A stretch of DNA of 64,000 nt from Phoronis australis. Its lineage: Eukaryota > Animalia > Phoronida. The DNA lies in assembly GCA_002633005.1 (NCBI GenBank), contig NMRA01000367.1:274762-338761 (forward strand), in the 5' to 3' direction. This document shows positions 1 through 12,775 of this stretch, in pieces. A model generated the notes under the pieces. That model was not told the origin of the DNA. It made no database searches and saw nothing but the letters and a program-made list of their open reading frames with translations. Position numbers and translations under genes: made by a program. Each line of letters starts with the position of its first letter. Within the stretch, counting starts at the first letter, position 1.

Positions 1-1324
1 ATGCGACATCTTGTGTTGGAACCGGACAATACTATAGTTGTGACTGTATACTATTAGGATCATGTTGGGGGCCTAGAGTATGGATGTGTTATGCATGCCA
101 ATCTGTATATGTCATAATTTCTGCTTTGCTAGTATTTGTAACTGTTGTCTATCTGGAAATAAGAAACTGTAGACAGGTAATCTGTGCAGGCTTGTATGTA
201 TGGCAAGGATCATTTTGGAAAATGTGGGTATGGTGAATTGACTCACACGGCATCAAGTTTATGGGCCAATTTGGAGGACCTATGGGCCAAGTTAGTTTTT
301 GGTTCTTTTTGGCTTCCAATTTTTTTTTGATCCCCTTGGCCTCAGTGAGCTAAGCAATTACAGTGCGTGAGTGAATTATTTTTGCATGGATGGGGCAAGG
401 TGTGCTCCTAGAATTATCACTATTATGGTTATTAATTGTTCCTGTATATGCTCTGGTTAGTTTCAAAAACAAGGGTGCTGTTATAAGCCAGGCAGGCGTG
501 TACCACACAAGTGGGTGAATTAAAGCCCATAGGCCTGTATCACACACTGATAGGAACAACATGAAGTCACACTATATTCTAGCCAGTTTTGCGCTATTCA
601 GCTTATGATTGGTTAGAAGTGAGAGGAGAGGTCAATGTTTTGAGTAATCTGCATACTCTGTTGATAAATTTGTACACAAGACACTTGGAGCACCTAATTA
701 TCATTCATTCATTACTGAGCAGTGTCAGAAGGACAAACTATTTTTAAGCTGTGCTCAGCTCTGCTGTAAAGGGTAATTGGTTTCTGCCAAAATGAATACT
801 ATTTTCAGTTTTATGATGACCTGTCAGCAGAATACACAAACTCAATTACTGATCTATTTAAGTATACACACTAAGCCTGAATCTTGATGTTTTTATTTTG
901 TAAACCACAGTGCTGTCTTCCTATGAATGTACCTTTCTCTTTTGCTAAAATTTACTTTAAAATCAACCCAATCAACTGGAGATTGGTAGAAATTCAGAAA
1001 TCAAATTCTACAAACTTTCTGCCAGCAAATATATTACTTTTCTGAGCTATAGCTTGGTAATATTTGGGCGAATACTATGAAGTCTTATATGTGTAGTCTT
1101 AAAGGCAACTTTCCACCATTTGCTCAGTATGAGGCTTCGATTGTAAAGGTCATGTCAAGGTCACGTGAATGCTTGGCATTGATGAAGTAGCTCCCTCCGC
1201 TCCTATGTATGTAAGTCTCACAAACCCATGCCCCCCCCGGGAATGTACTGTGAGTAATGATAGTATTGCGAATTGCTTTGATCTATAACAAGTTGTAACA
1301 TTACTAGTAAAGTACAGATAGTAG

Positions 1325-1500
1325 TGTTATTATTAGTGTTGATATTAGCAGGATTAATGTATTGTTATTATTGTTATTATTGTTATTGTAAAATTACCAT
1401 AATTACTATACGCATTATAATTATTAGTAGTTTAACTATTGTTATGATAATGTTAATCATAAATAATGTATTTATTGTCATTAATACTGTTGTGTTTATT
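1325..1500. repeat. AT-rich low-complexity (TTA/TGT)n-like tract
   Basis: tattgttattattgttattattgttattg and similar runs. Confidence 0.8.
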
Positions 1501-1993
1501 AAACATAGCTGTTTGTTGATGAAATTGCAATAATGAATTTTCAAAAACTATCATAAAACATGACAAATTTTGAAACAATGTTTCAGAATAACATTCATTC
1601 TGAGGATTATCATTTCTTTTTTGCCTGAGGTGAGACTGCCATAGCAGGACAAATTGTACTTAGAATTGTTGAAACACAATCCTGATTGCACAGCGCTTAG
1701 TCATCTTGGTTAGATGGATTAGGGAGTGTAGAATATATGTTGATCAGTGGGTCCCCTGGTGGGAGGTGTGGGTGTGACTGTCACACTACTATGGTTGAAC
1801 ATTAGATCAGTCGTCAGGTCACCCTGGTGTAATACTACACCATGAGTCAACAAGCAAAAGTTTGCCTTTTGTTGTCTAGGCTTTTTGTTGTGATGTCATT
1901 GTCCATTAGTAGTGACAGTGATGTGTGAAGGGATGGTTTGACTGTCTGGGTTTATTGTCATTTGGATCACTGATGTGTCATTGTTTGTTGCAG

Positions 1994-2031
1994 ATTGTGT
2001 ACATGGTGATCTGAGGACATCACAGTTTATG
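1994..2031 (+). other. Candidate 38-nt non-coding (5' UTR) exon
   Basis: Acceptor tcattgtttgttgcag and consensus donor ATG|gtaagt, on the same strand as the LAR-like gene. No transcript evidence. Confidence 0.35.
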
Positions 2032-3393
2032 GTAAGTTATTCTTGTGCAGTATGCCCTCAAGCTATGTCCAGATGTCCAAGTGTCCATACCACTCTCCCT
2101 CTGCTGACCGGCCACATTAGGAAAGTGTTAAAACAACTGAACACACTTGGCATGCAAAACATGGGAAATTGTTAAAATGATGTCCATGCAATGAATGGTT
2201 TTTGGAAAAGGGGAAAATGATGAAAATTAATGGAAATCTTTTGTTTAAATGGTAAAAGTTCTCCATTTTGGGAATCTCAAAACTTTGGGACACCCTAATT
2301 TAGCTAAAATAGAATTTTCTTTATTCTGAAGATTGAGACATGGGTGATTTTAGCGTCATCATGGGACTGTACTCAGTATTAGCAGTGAAAGTGAAAAGTG
2401 CAGTTCAGGAAATTGTCAAAATTAGCAGCAATACTTTTATGTGTCCCCATAGTTTGTAACAATAAGGTGAATGAAAGTTTTTCGTTGATTGCAGTTCTTG
2501 AATTTGTAAAATTTGGTACAAGTATTGATCCAGAGCAAAATAATTTAGTACGTTTTCTATTTTCCAAACTAGAGAATTTTGCGTTAATAATATTCAGAGT
2601 CGCGCTAATTGTGGGATACCATCAACATTAACATCGCTGCACTCTGTCCTCAGTACTGCTATGGCTGGACCAGTTGAGCATGTATATTTTGAATTACTAT
2701 GTACAAACCCTCAGCAGTGACCTCTCAAGGTCGCCATGTGCTGCTGTCTCTCCTCACATCACTTGCCCTTCATACGACCTTGCTCCTGGACCAACTTGGA
2801 TCTGGACATAACCTGGTGATTAAATACGAAACAATGCGTATGGTAATTGTTTATTTTGCTCAAATATAATTGTTAATATTGCACAAATATAATTGCTAAT
2901 GTTACCAATTTTTCCTTTTTCAAAGACTGATTACTTCACAGTAAGTAATGTAATATTTAGCAGAAGCTGTTTGGGGACATCACCAGCACAGTACAAAACA
3001 TGCTAATGTTATACTTAACTTGTTTATTCTTTATTTTTGTGGAGAAATTTAGCTAAATAGAATTTCACTTGTCAGTCATGTTGTGTGGTAAATAAGTGAA
3101 GCATACTGTAATTGTACTAATGGAGAGAAGGCGATCAACACACTTTTGACTGAAGTGTTGTTTTTAAGTGAATAACTAGAAGCGTTTGGTGTTAACTGAT
3201 TATTATTGAAGTACTTGAGTGCATTCAAGGATTGTCTAAAATAAAGCTAGCCAAGTTGTTATGACTTTCATCTATATAGCCCTACAGGCCTGCATTGTTA
3301 AAGTGTATAGTCTCATTAAATTGCGAATATGTAAATGAAATACTAATTTATAACCAAGCCCGGGTTGTCCAGTGTGCCAGACACCATCATTAG

Positions 3394-3813
3394 TTATTAT
3401 TACAATCTCGCAAAGTCTCGTTTTGCGAGACTATGCAAAGTCTCGTTTTGCACCCATACCTGTATCTCCTAAGCCCTCTGCAGGATCTTTATTAAATTTA
3501 GCACGTGTATTTATATGAAGTTAACAAGAGAAGACGACGACTTTTAAACAGAACCGACGAACACTGTGCCCCTCTAGTGGCAATTTCATTTTTTTTTTGT
3601 TTTCCTCTGTTTCTCTGAAGTTCCTCGATATATTTTAAGGAAATTTGGTAAATGGCTTTCTTTTAAAGAAACTACATTTTCTGGTTTTCAGACGGATTCG
3701 ATGTATTTTGCACCATCTAGTGGCCATTTCGATGATACAAACAAAACCCCCTAAAACTACACCATATGCGATGCATTTGTGGGCGCATTTCAACGCTCCG
3801 CGTTGCTCTTGTT
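3394..3813 (+). mobile_element. Apparently complete Helentron/HINE-like non-autonomous element with CTCF-like motifs
   Basis: 5' ttattatt followed by inverted repeat ctcgcaaa...tttgcgag (3407-3429). Two degenerate internal units end in tgtgcccctctagtggc and tgcaccatctagtggcc. A 3' subterminal tgcga is followed by hairpin aacgc-tcc-gcgtt and terminal cttgtt. The 3' end recurs at ~24995-25047 and ~50912-50963. Confidence 0.6.
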
Positions 3814-6114
3814 AATATGTGTTTATTTCACTATCAAATAACAATTGCATAGTATTTGGAATTACTAGGTTTTTTATATATTCACACTTGTTTTAAGTGT
3901 ATTAGATGTGGTGCAACAAACTGTTTCTTTTTCTGACTATACTTGTACACATAGTTCTCAAGGGGAAGACACTAGGTGGCGCTTGCTACAACTTTAAATA
4001 TTCAAGGTTTTAATGAGACATAGCATCTTTAATGGGAACCTTTGAAGGCCAGTGTTGACACCTCGTTGTGACTTACACCATAGTAGTGTTCATCATGCCA
4101 CAAGTCAACATGTCACTAAGTTGAATTTAATTTTTAATCAACTGAGGACTAAAAAAGAACAACAACTGTCTTTTTTTGCCTTGTTTCTGTTACAACAGAG
4201 CTTGTGTTTGTGTATAAAGGTTCAAATGGACAACAATTGTACTGTGATCCTGTAATGTCTGATTTGTATTTCTGAATTAAAATATATTTGCCATGGTTTA
4301 GTGGTTGTGACTGGTGTTTTCAAATATTTTGCTCAAATTTACACCGATTGCCTTCCCAATTTTTTATAAAATTTGATGAAACTGTGAATTTGAATTCACT
4401 GTCTCCTTATTGGAGAATGATGATATGTCAGCCTCAACTCAGAATGACTAATTTATAGTCTCTGATGGTTTTGAATGTCACATGAAGTCTGTCACCAATC
4501 TATAGATTTTTCTGTCTTGATGTATCTTTAAGCCTTTTCATTAATTTGTCATTTGCTTAACATTCTCATGTCTTATTTTGTTTCAAGAATGTAAAAATCA
4601 ATATGTGGTATATGCAGAATGTCCTCAACTGAGTTTGACTCAGTTGGCACCAGATGTCTCTGTGTCTCAATGATTATAGCCTGAAGTTCTTATTCTTTGT
4701 TGAAGTCTTCTGTTAAAACATGCATTCAATTCATTACAGTAACTACATGTCATCAATGTAGGACACAATATGGGGGACAATTGATGAGGCCAAAAAATCA
4801 TAGTTACTTCTTATCAAGGCCAAAAAAGCCTAGTTGGTTCTTGTCTTTGTTTTTTGATGCAGTGACATTGTACTTTCGGCACTGAGGAGCCCACTTCCTC
4901 AAAAGATACATCCGTGATGAATGCAGACTGCACCCAATTTAACTTTCCGAGTCGGATATATTTTTTCTCATTTTTTTATTAATGATAAGTAGGTGTGTCA
5001 AAGTAATACTTTACCTTTTTCATGTTGTCTGTCAGTGACAAAGCTTTTCTAGACAAAGTTTTGAAAAGTTGCAGCCACTCATAAAAGGGTCAGAAGCCTT
5101 TGATGAATGGACATATTTATTCGTTTCCAATATTGGTGAGATTTTATCGTATTGACAAATAAGTCTCTCCGTGGGGATGTAACATTTAAACTCAATTTTT
5201 ATCGTGGATTCTAGTTAAGTGAGTGACGAGATCAACCTGTGTGGAAGATCTCATGCCATAATAGAGATTGTTTTCAATCAACATGTCAGTTTAACATGTA
5301 CAGTCAACTTGTTATTGTCGTGCAATTTTTGTAGTCCAAGTCTGTTAGCTAATGAGTAAATACTAATTTTTAGAAAATCTTGATGGTGCAGCTGGAACTG
5401 TCTGTAATTGATTAAACAATTGAGGAGAGTCTAAAGTACAAGATGAAGTTCTTTTGATTCACATCTTGTCAATTAGTGGTAGGCACTTGAAATACAGAGC
5501 AATTAGTGACCACCAATGACAGCAAGCTTAGAGAATCACTTGAGTGTATAGCCACTTGAGTGGTAATTACTGATCAGTTTTAATATACACCCACATATAA
5601 GTACATGTAGGTCTGCTTATTATGGTCATCTCTGTCCGAGTGACGGTCCGACTTGTTGCAGCCAATGTCTGGCAGGATCTTCATGACAATGAATGGCGGC
5701 GACTTTCGGATGGATCCAAGTACTACTGGTGCTACCTATTGAATAGTAGTGTAGTTGCAAGAGATGTTCATTACATAAAACAAGATGATGTCTTGGTTAG
5801 AATTGTTTTTATCCTATGAAATATGATAAGTTATCCAAAATAGATGTCTTAGGTTTTGATTCTGTAGTACTTGTTGATGAAAGTAGTTCCATTTGGTTTT
5901 AGTGACTTTTTGAATCATGGGAGATAACTGGCCTGCCAGTAGCGATGCCTCAATTTGGAAATTGCTGTGGTCTGGGGTTGAAACCATTTTTGTAATGTGT
6001 AGTGCTGAAGGTGGAGTTCTGTAATCAATTTTACATAATCCAAGATTGCATATATAATTCCACAGGTTCAAACTTATCTATGACAATAATTTGAAATTGT
6101 AAATAGAGAATCCT

Positions 6115-6220
6115 CTCGTCTCAGGTACATGACATGGCAAAACCTCTTGGAAATTTCTTTGCCTTGGGATTTTGACGAAATTTCCAAGAGGTTTTGCCCA
6201 TGTCATAAACCTGAGACGAG
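6115..6220. repeat. Long near-perfect inverted repeat (~43-bp stem, 19-nt loop)
   Basis: ctcgtctcaggtacatgacatggcaaaacctcttggaaatttc (6115-6157) pairs with gaaatttccaagaggttttgcccatgtcataaacctgagacgag (6177-6220). Imperfect pairing extends outward to ~6098/6238. Confidence 0.9.
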
Positions 6221-6418
6221 TTTAGGATTTGTTTTACACGTGAACTGATCTTTTTTGCTGAAGAACTCGACATGTCTGAAACTTTCAACCACATGACGCA
6301 ACTTTTGTGAAAACACGCTTGCGTTATGTAAAGTATACCTTGTTACTTTTTGGTAATTTTATTTTAAAATTAACAATTGTAAATTGCATTTAGCTTTCAT
6401 AACAGACATTCAAAAAAG

Positions 6419-6887
6419 GTAAAGTCGTGCGATTTTCGGACAGCCCGTCATTTTGGGACAAGAATAAATATTTCTGAAATGAGTTTTTCATAGTCCACGA
6501 AATTTGTACAAGGTCCAAAAACTGTTTTCAATGATCCTCAAATTTTGGACAATATCATAAACATCGGATTTCTGTCCCGCAACTTTCGAACAAGGAAAAT
6601 TTTAGACGCTAGTTTCCTATCGACGCAACTCTCTTGTCACTAAAGTGTCCAATGGATGATTATTACTCTATAAGGCTTGAATCTGAGAATCTGTACAACT
6701 TTCTAGGTAATTTTTACCTTGTCGAAATGATGTGCATCCACGAAATTCGAACACAATCGGAAACCCAAATTTGGACGTCTGCCAAATTTGGATACCACAA
6801 AAATGATGTTTCGCGAGATTCGTCCAAGAATGATTTTTTTCTATTGGAATTAATTTTGGGTGTCTGAAAATAAGCGCGACTTTACGG
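6419..6887. mobile_element. pogo/Tigger-like (Tc1/mariner superfamily) MITE
   Basis: Left end gtaaagtcgtgcgattttcggacagccc versus the reverse complement of the right end, ccgtaaagtcgcgcttattttcagacaccc. TA immediately follows the right TIR; the interior is CpG-rich. Confidence 0.7.
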
Positions 6888-7344
6888 TAGAATCTAATAA
6901 ATACTCTTTGAAGTTGTAACATGAAAACTTGGCAAATGTTCATAAATAACAAACAGCGTGTGAGCACTGAATTGACCTTGAGACAGCACAGCTAGTCAGT
7001 CTCACGTATTTCTTGAGTTGGGTTCATCTCCGTTTGAATGAACAATGATATGGAATTCGCTGCCGATGGTGGGTCTAAGAAGTTGTTTGTATTCCAACTA
7101 GGAGCATGATGCTGCTGCTTTGCATGTCATGTTGAACCTTATCTCCTTCATAGAATCACGGAATTGTTTGGTTGTTGGTATTGGTGTTTTGCAGATGATA
7201 AAATTTCTACTCTGCACTTCTTCGTGATTCGCCCATGTAATATCAAAAAATTACGTACTAGGTGTTATTAACCAGTCGTGTGCTAACACATTAGAAAGAC
7301 AGATGTGTACCATTCACTGTGTGTGTGTCTGTGCGTGTGCGTGT

Positions 7345-7634
7345 NNNNNNNNNNNNNNNNNNNNNNNNNNNNNNNNNNNNNNNNNNNNNNNNNNNNNNNN
7401 NNNNNNNNNNNNNNNNNNNNNNNNNNNNNNNNNNNNNNNNNNNNNNNNNNNNNNNNNNNNNNNNNNNNNNNNNNNNNNNNNNNNNNNNNNNNNNNNNNNN
7501 NNNNNNNNNNNNNNNNNNNNNNNNNNNNNNNNNNNNNNNNNNNNNNNNNNNNNNNNNNNNNNNNNNNNNNNNNNNNNNNNNNNNNNNNNNNNNNNNNNNN
7601 NNNNNNNNNNNNNNNNNNNNNNNNNNNNNNNNNN
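7345..7634. other. Assembly gap flanked by (GT)n and a 69-bp tandem repeat (7635-7770)
   Basis: Run of N; the ctacatgt...ccccactcct unit repeats at 7635 and 7704. Confidence 0.95.
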
Positions 7635-9169
7635 CTACATGTGGCAGACCCATTACAAAAGGTCCCCTCACCACCTCACTCCCCTAGCTGTACCCCACTC
7701 CTCCTACATGTCTCAGACCCATTTCAAAAGGTCCCCTCACCACCTCACTCCCCTTGCTGTACCCCTACTCCAGCCTACTCCATTGTCCTCTCCTTATCAT
7801 ACACTCTGACCATTGTACTTTACTATTATCAACATTCAACAACATGTCAACAACAGGCTGACTCACCTAGACCACCTGGTCCCAATACTTTACACACAGA
7901 GAACTGTCACCAGTCAAGGGTAACCACTGAATATGAAATCAAGTGATCATTGTCTGTTAACATCATCTTGTCATATTAATACTAGTTTTTTGTTTGATTT
8001 GTTTATTTACAAAAGCTGTGTGTTCACTTTTCCTCACCCTTTCTTGAGCCCATGTAACTCACTGCCTTCAGGAGCCTCATAGGTAGCCCCCTTCAAGAGC
8101 CCCCTATTCACCAGGTAATCCTGAGACTATCTCAGCAGGATAGCATTCAGTATGTTTGTCTAACTTTGGCCAGTGGATTCAAACCAAACCTGAACCAAGC
8201 TCTGACAGTTGGATAGTTTTATCTGAAACTGGATAGATTTGAAGTCACCTTATTTGGAGTATATGTGGGAGGGGTGTATATGAAGATTTACTATTGATTT
8301 CCTGCGAGTATTATGAACTGATATCTTAAGAGTGTCTCCTTGGTAAGTAGCTATGAGAGCCTCTGATCTATAAAGGTGTACTGTGTTACCTCTAGACACT
8401 GCACTACCTGTAGACACTACACTACCTGTAGACACTACCAGTAAGGGTTTAGAATACCTAATTCACACAATGATTCATGAATTTTGTGACACCTGTTGTG
8501 GTAAGTAGGTTGAAATCTTATCACTTTGAACTGTTACCAACATGAACAATTTTACGAAGCCTCTTTAAATGTAAACAACTGAACTCTCTTTTTCTCTACT
8601 TGATTTAATATGTAAATAAGAATTTGTGTTCTTATTAAACATTCTGTTCTCCCCTCAGTGGTTCAATTATGTTATAACCATTTCATTAAGTGACCTCTTA
8701 TAGGTAAAATCAGTGTTCTGGTTTTGATTAATTGTTCATATAGCTTAAAAAGTGTCAAATTAGCATTATTGAAAGACTCTACTATCTAATATTTGATACC
8801 AATGTATTTTCAATAGTTTAGATATATTGAACATTAATTGTTATTCTCAGAACCTTAGAATTAGAAGCTTATTAGCAATTATAATGCGAATTACAAAAAC
8901 TTTACACTGAACACTCACTACACAGTGACAGTGTGTATGACCTCTGAGTGTTGAGTATGTGCAGGTGAACAAACCCTTGTAGTAGTATTAGTGGGCCATT
9001 TATAGCCTCATAACTCCTTGGCTGCACTCCCTGAACCTAGTCAGCCCTATTATATATATGATCTGGAACAATCAGTTATGTTCTTTGGTATATTAGGGTA
9101 CACTGTTGTTAAGTAATGGTTCTATTGAATATTGTTTTTGGTGTTTTCTTGAAATTGAGTTGTGTCTAG

Positions 9170-9529
9170 ATGTTCACCATCATGATAATGGTTAACAGCA
9201 CCTTGTTCATCAGTCCTGCCATGTTCACCATCATGATAATGGTTAACAGCACCTTGTACACCAGTCCTGCCATGTTCACCATCATGACAATGGTTAACAG
9301 CACCTTGTACACCAGTCCTGCCATGTTCACCATCATGACAATGGTTAACAGCACCTTGTACACCAGTCCTGCCATGTTTACCATCATGATAATGGTTAAC
9401 AACACCTTGTTCATCAGTCCTGCCATGTTCACCATCATGACAATGGTTAACAGCACCTTGTACACCAGTCCTGCCATGTTCACCATAATGATAATGGTTA
9501 ACAGCACCTTGTTCATCAGTCCTGCCATG
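9170..9529. repeat. 51-bp minisatellite, 7 copies
   Basis: Unit atgttcaccatcatgayaatggttaacagcaccttgtwcaycagtcctgcc. Confidence 0.95.
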
Positions 9530-10618
9530 GTTACCAACATGACATTCCACTCTTACTATATTTTTGTGGATTTTCTTGGGATTTTGGTTCTTGTTTTGGT
9601 GGCATGCAGTCAGAAAATGATTAAAACAACGTTTTTTTCTGTAATACTTGAACTTCGTTGCCATCTAATGAAAATTTTACCATTTCTGTGAAGAGGAAAG
9701 ATTTAGGCAACATTTTGTCCAAATTTCACCTCGCAGCAGTCCGTTTAAAAGTCAAATATCAAGTGCTGCCTTTAATTGAGACACCTCTTGAACATTTTTT
9801 GACAAGCTCAACTTTGAATTAGCGATCTCAGATGTACTGAGCTCTCCTGTTGTGACTTTTGTCTTTTCTATAACATTAGAGGTTGACATGTATTTTTTCA
9901 ACTTTTTGACTAATCTATTTTTCAGAACTTTGATTGAGAAAAACAAAATTGGTATTGTGCTCTATTAAAATGTCCTTTGTCTCGTGCCAAAAGCCTCATT
10001 TATAGGAACAAAAGTTGACATGGTGCAACTACTTGTGCAAACAGAAGTTGGCACAGAATGACTTGTCGACACTTGGCAATTTTGGCACCAGTTTTTAAGG
10101 TACGGAAACTTGTCCGGTATCAACTCTCAGTCTAAACACAAAACTGGGGCAAGGCTGATGCATTGGTGTTACCTAAGGTAGTGCGATAGGTGTCACCATT
10201 CTGCACCATTTTCATCGCCTGAGTTCCATTGCCTTTTACCGGTTTAGTTCAACCACTGAACATTTACACATTTTTTCTCTAAATATGCATAAAACTTGCA
10301 CCATTCTCAGCATAATCTGCAACTACTTTCAACATGTTCTGTGTGGTGCTGTTCTCACCAAAGATCATTTCATACAATTTTGAACATTTGCGACAATGTG
10401 ATAAGCATTTGAAAAGTAGAAATATGGCAATTTTAACAATTATTTTTGTCCCAAATTGAAGAATTTTGCTATACACAATTTATAACCTTAGGTGTGTGCA
10501 CTTCACATTCTTGCCTACAACTTGCACTTTGCCACCCTGTCTGATTTGTTTATGTATATGGCCATTGATCACCTTGTGCCTTGTCAGATTGCACCATGTC
10601 ACAGTTAATTAAGGTCCA

Positions 10619-10709
10619 CCACAGACAGCCTACCTTAGGACAACTTGCACTAGTGCAACTTATCTCACTTGAACTGGAACATCCCCACACATATCTGATA
10701 ACTAGAGTA
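10619..10709 (+). repeat. Dispersed ~90-bp repeat, copy 1
   Basis: Highly similar to 37173-37263; contains the perfect palindrome ttgcactagtgcaa. Confidence 0.85.
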
Positions 10710-11208
10710 CCAGGCTAGCTGGCCTGCCACAGGCGCAGCCATATTCAATGCCAACCTCATGGGTATTCAGCTGTAAATTAACTGCTTTGAATTATTAAAA
10801 AATGTCTGACAGAATCAATTATTCCTTAGGCATTGTCAGTTTAATAAGGGGTATTGCATTGATTATTTACATTGTTTTGAGTATTAAGGTTGTCTACATT
10901 GTTTTGTGTGTCAAGGTTATGTTTTGTGTATTAAAATGTCATCTTGGACCCTAGAAAAAGTGTCCATCGTATCCCAGAAATGACTCATCTGTTTTAAACT
11001 TTAGACACTATGCTTTATGTGCTATTCTCTAAAACACTAACTACAAGGATTGTTCCTCTTTTGTGTGAGGGGTTAACTCAACTTAGAATTTTTATGATTT
11101 TCATGACAAAAATTACAAGTTTTGTAAAATGGGAACAAGGTGGCAATTTAGAAAACTACGTTTTTGAGATTTAGTCTTGAATGTAAGAATTTAGAAGGAA
11201 TGTTGGTG

Positions 11209-11311
11209 TTTGGCAGACATGTTGCTGTTTTGGCAGACAAGTTGTCATTTGGCAGACATGTTGTTATTTGGCAGACATGTTGTTATTTGGCAGACTTGTT
11301 GCTGTTTTGGC
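11209..11311. repeat. 19-20-bp minisatellite, ~5 copies
   Basis: Unit ttggcagacatgttgytrtt. Confidence 0.9.
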
Positions 11312-12775
11312 CATAACTTACTGTTGAGTAGATCTCATGTTTATTGTCCTAGTAGATTTCCAGAGCAACGAAATAGTTCGAACTATTTCTAGGTATGTTA
11401 AAGTACAATGAAACTTATTGGTTTAAGACACATCTGTTATTGTCTGTAGACCTGGTTGTCTGTGTACATTCCTACATACATTGGTTCATGTAGGTGTGAA
11501 GACAGGTCCATTGTCTGTAGACCCTGTCTTGTACACTGGTTTATGTTGACCTTCCTATTCAGTCTTGTCAATTATTAATTGACATGAAGTGAAAAGACAC
11601 AATTTCATAGTATCTAACCTGTAGAAAATAACGAATATATAAATTAATTAAAAATAATGTTGATGAAATATTAAAGGAGCAATGGTTAAATATGGGAGAG
11701 GTCAGAATGTTGTCCATGTTTTAGGTTTTTGAAACAGATTTTATATGTGTGTCGGTGTATGTTTGACCTGTTGCCTTGCGATACATTGAGATATTGATTA
11801 TAACTGTATCAAATGTTAGTTTAGGTCTGTTTCAGCTCTCTACCTGAGACAGGTGTATATCTGGGTTAATTATTACCTGCTTGTCGTAGGTGGACTTGCC
11901 TATATCCTGTAAACATTCCAGTATTTTTGGTTTTATACCTTTATTTCATTTATGGATAATCAAGTTAAATTTTCTCCTTTGGAATAAGATTGTGAGATTT
12001 TTGCTTTTATAAATTTGTCACATTTATGGAACACAAGCCAACACTGTGTCTTTTTTCCTGCAATATTTGGATGGATCTGTCTTATTTGTAACAATGTTTG
12101 AACAGGAATTTTAGAGCTTTTAAGTTGGTAGGTTAGTTTATTTTTCAGTGGTGTCCTTGGCAGGTGGCAACCTGCTTTTGTAAAAATTGAAGGAGAATTT
12201 TACAACTTGCTAAGAAAATTGTTACATATTCTGTGTTTCTGAAATACTGCATAGGTGAAGAATAGTTGTACATAACTGACTTGGATTTGGTGGAAAATTT
12301 GTTTGATATTCTAAGTCGTAAAGGTGGTAAAGGGTTATGTTCATGTAATAATGTTTAAATTTATTAAACAGATTAAAAAGCCTGAAAATGCAGTCGTTCA
12401 GTTTAAGCAACTTCATCAGTTACAAAATATGGTAATCAGTTTGATATAGTCCCTTCAAAATCAGATGTTTGAGTTTACGTTTGACATGCACCATCCAGTA
12501 ACCTTGCTTTAAAGGTCACCTGTAGCCCAGCACACTGGCTTTACCCTCCCTGGTGATGACTATACCACTCATTTACCCACCGCTCCGCCACTGACCTCCA
12601 CAGACAATGATTAAGTATATATTAGTAAATAATTGAGAGTGGCTTAATCAACTGACGTTTCAAATATTGATATAGTTTTGAGGCACCTCAATGTTGGCCG
12701 ATATACAACTTTTTCGAACTGATGAGAAGAATGATTAACTAGAAGATACACCCATTAGTTTCTTTACGAATATTT

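Noticed and set aside
6115-6220. microRNA precursor
   Set aside because: The stem is longer and more perfect than typical animal pre-miRNAs, no known seed family was recognised, and it sits in TE-like context. Kept only as an inverted repeat.
7291-7946. ORFs of 120-280 aa spanning N runs (also 34830-35669)
   Set aside because: Artefacts of translating assembly gaps.
9122-9691. Long overlapping ORFs on both strands, including a His-rich HGRTGVQGAVNHCHDGE repeat protein
   Set aside because: Explained by a 51-bp (17-codon) minisatellite that happens to lack stops in several frames. There is no plausible splice or start context.
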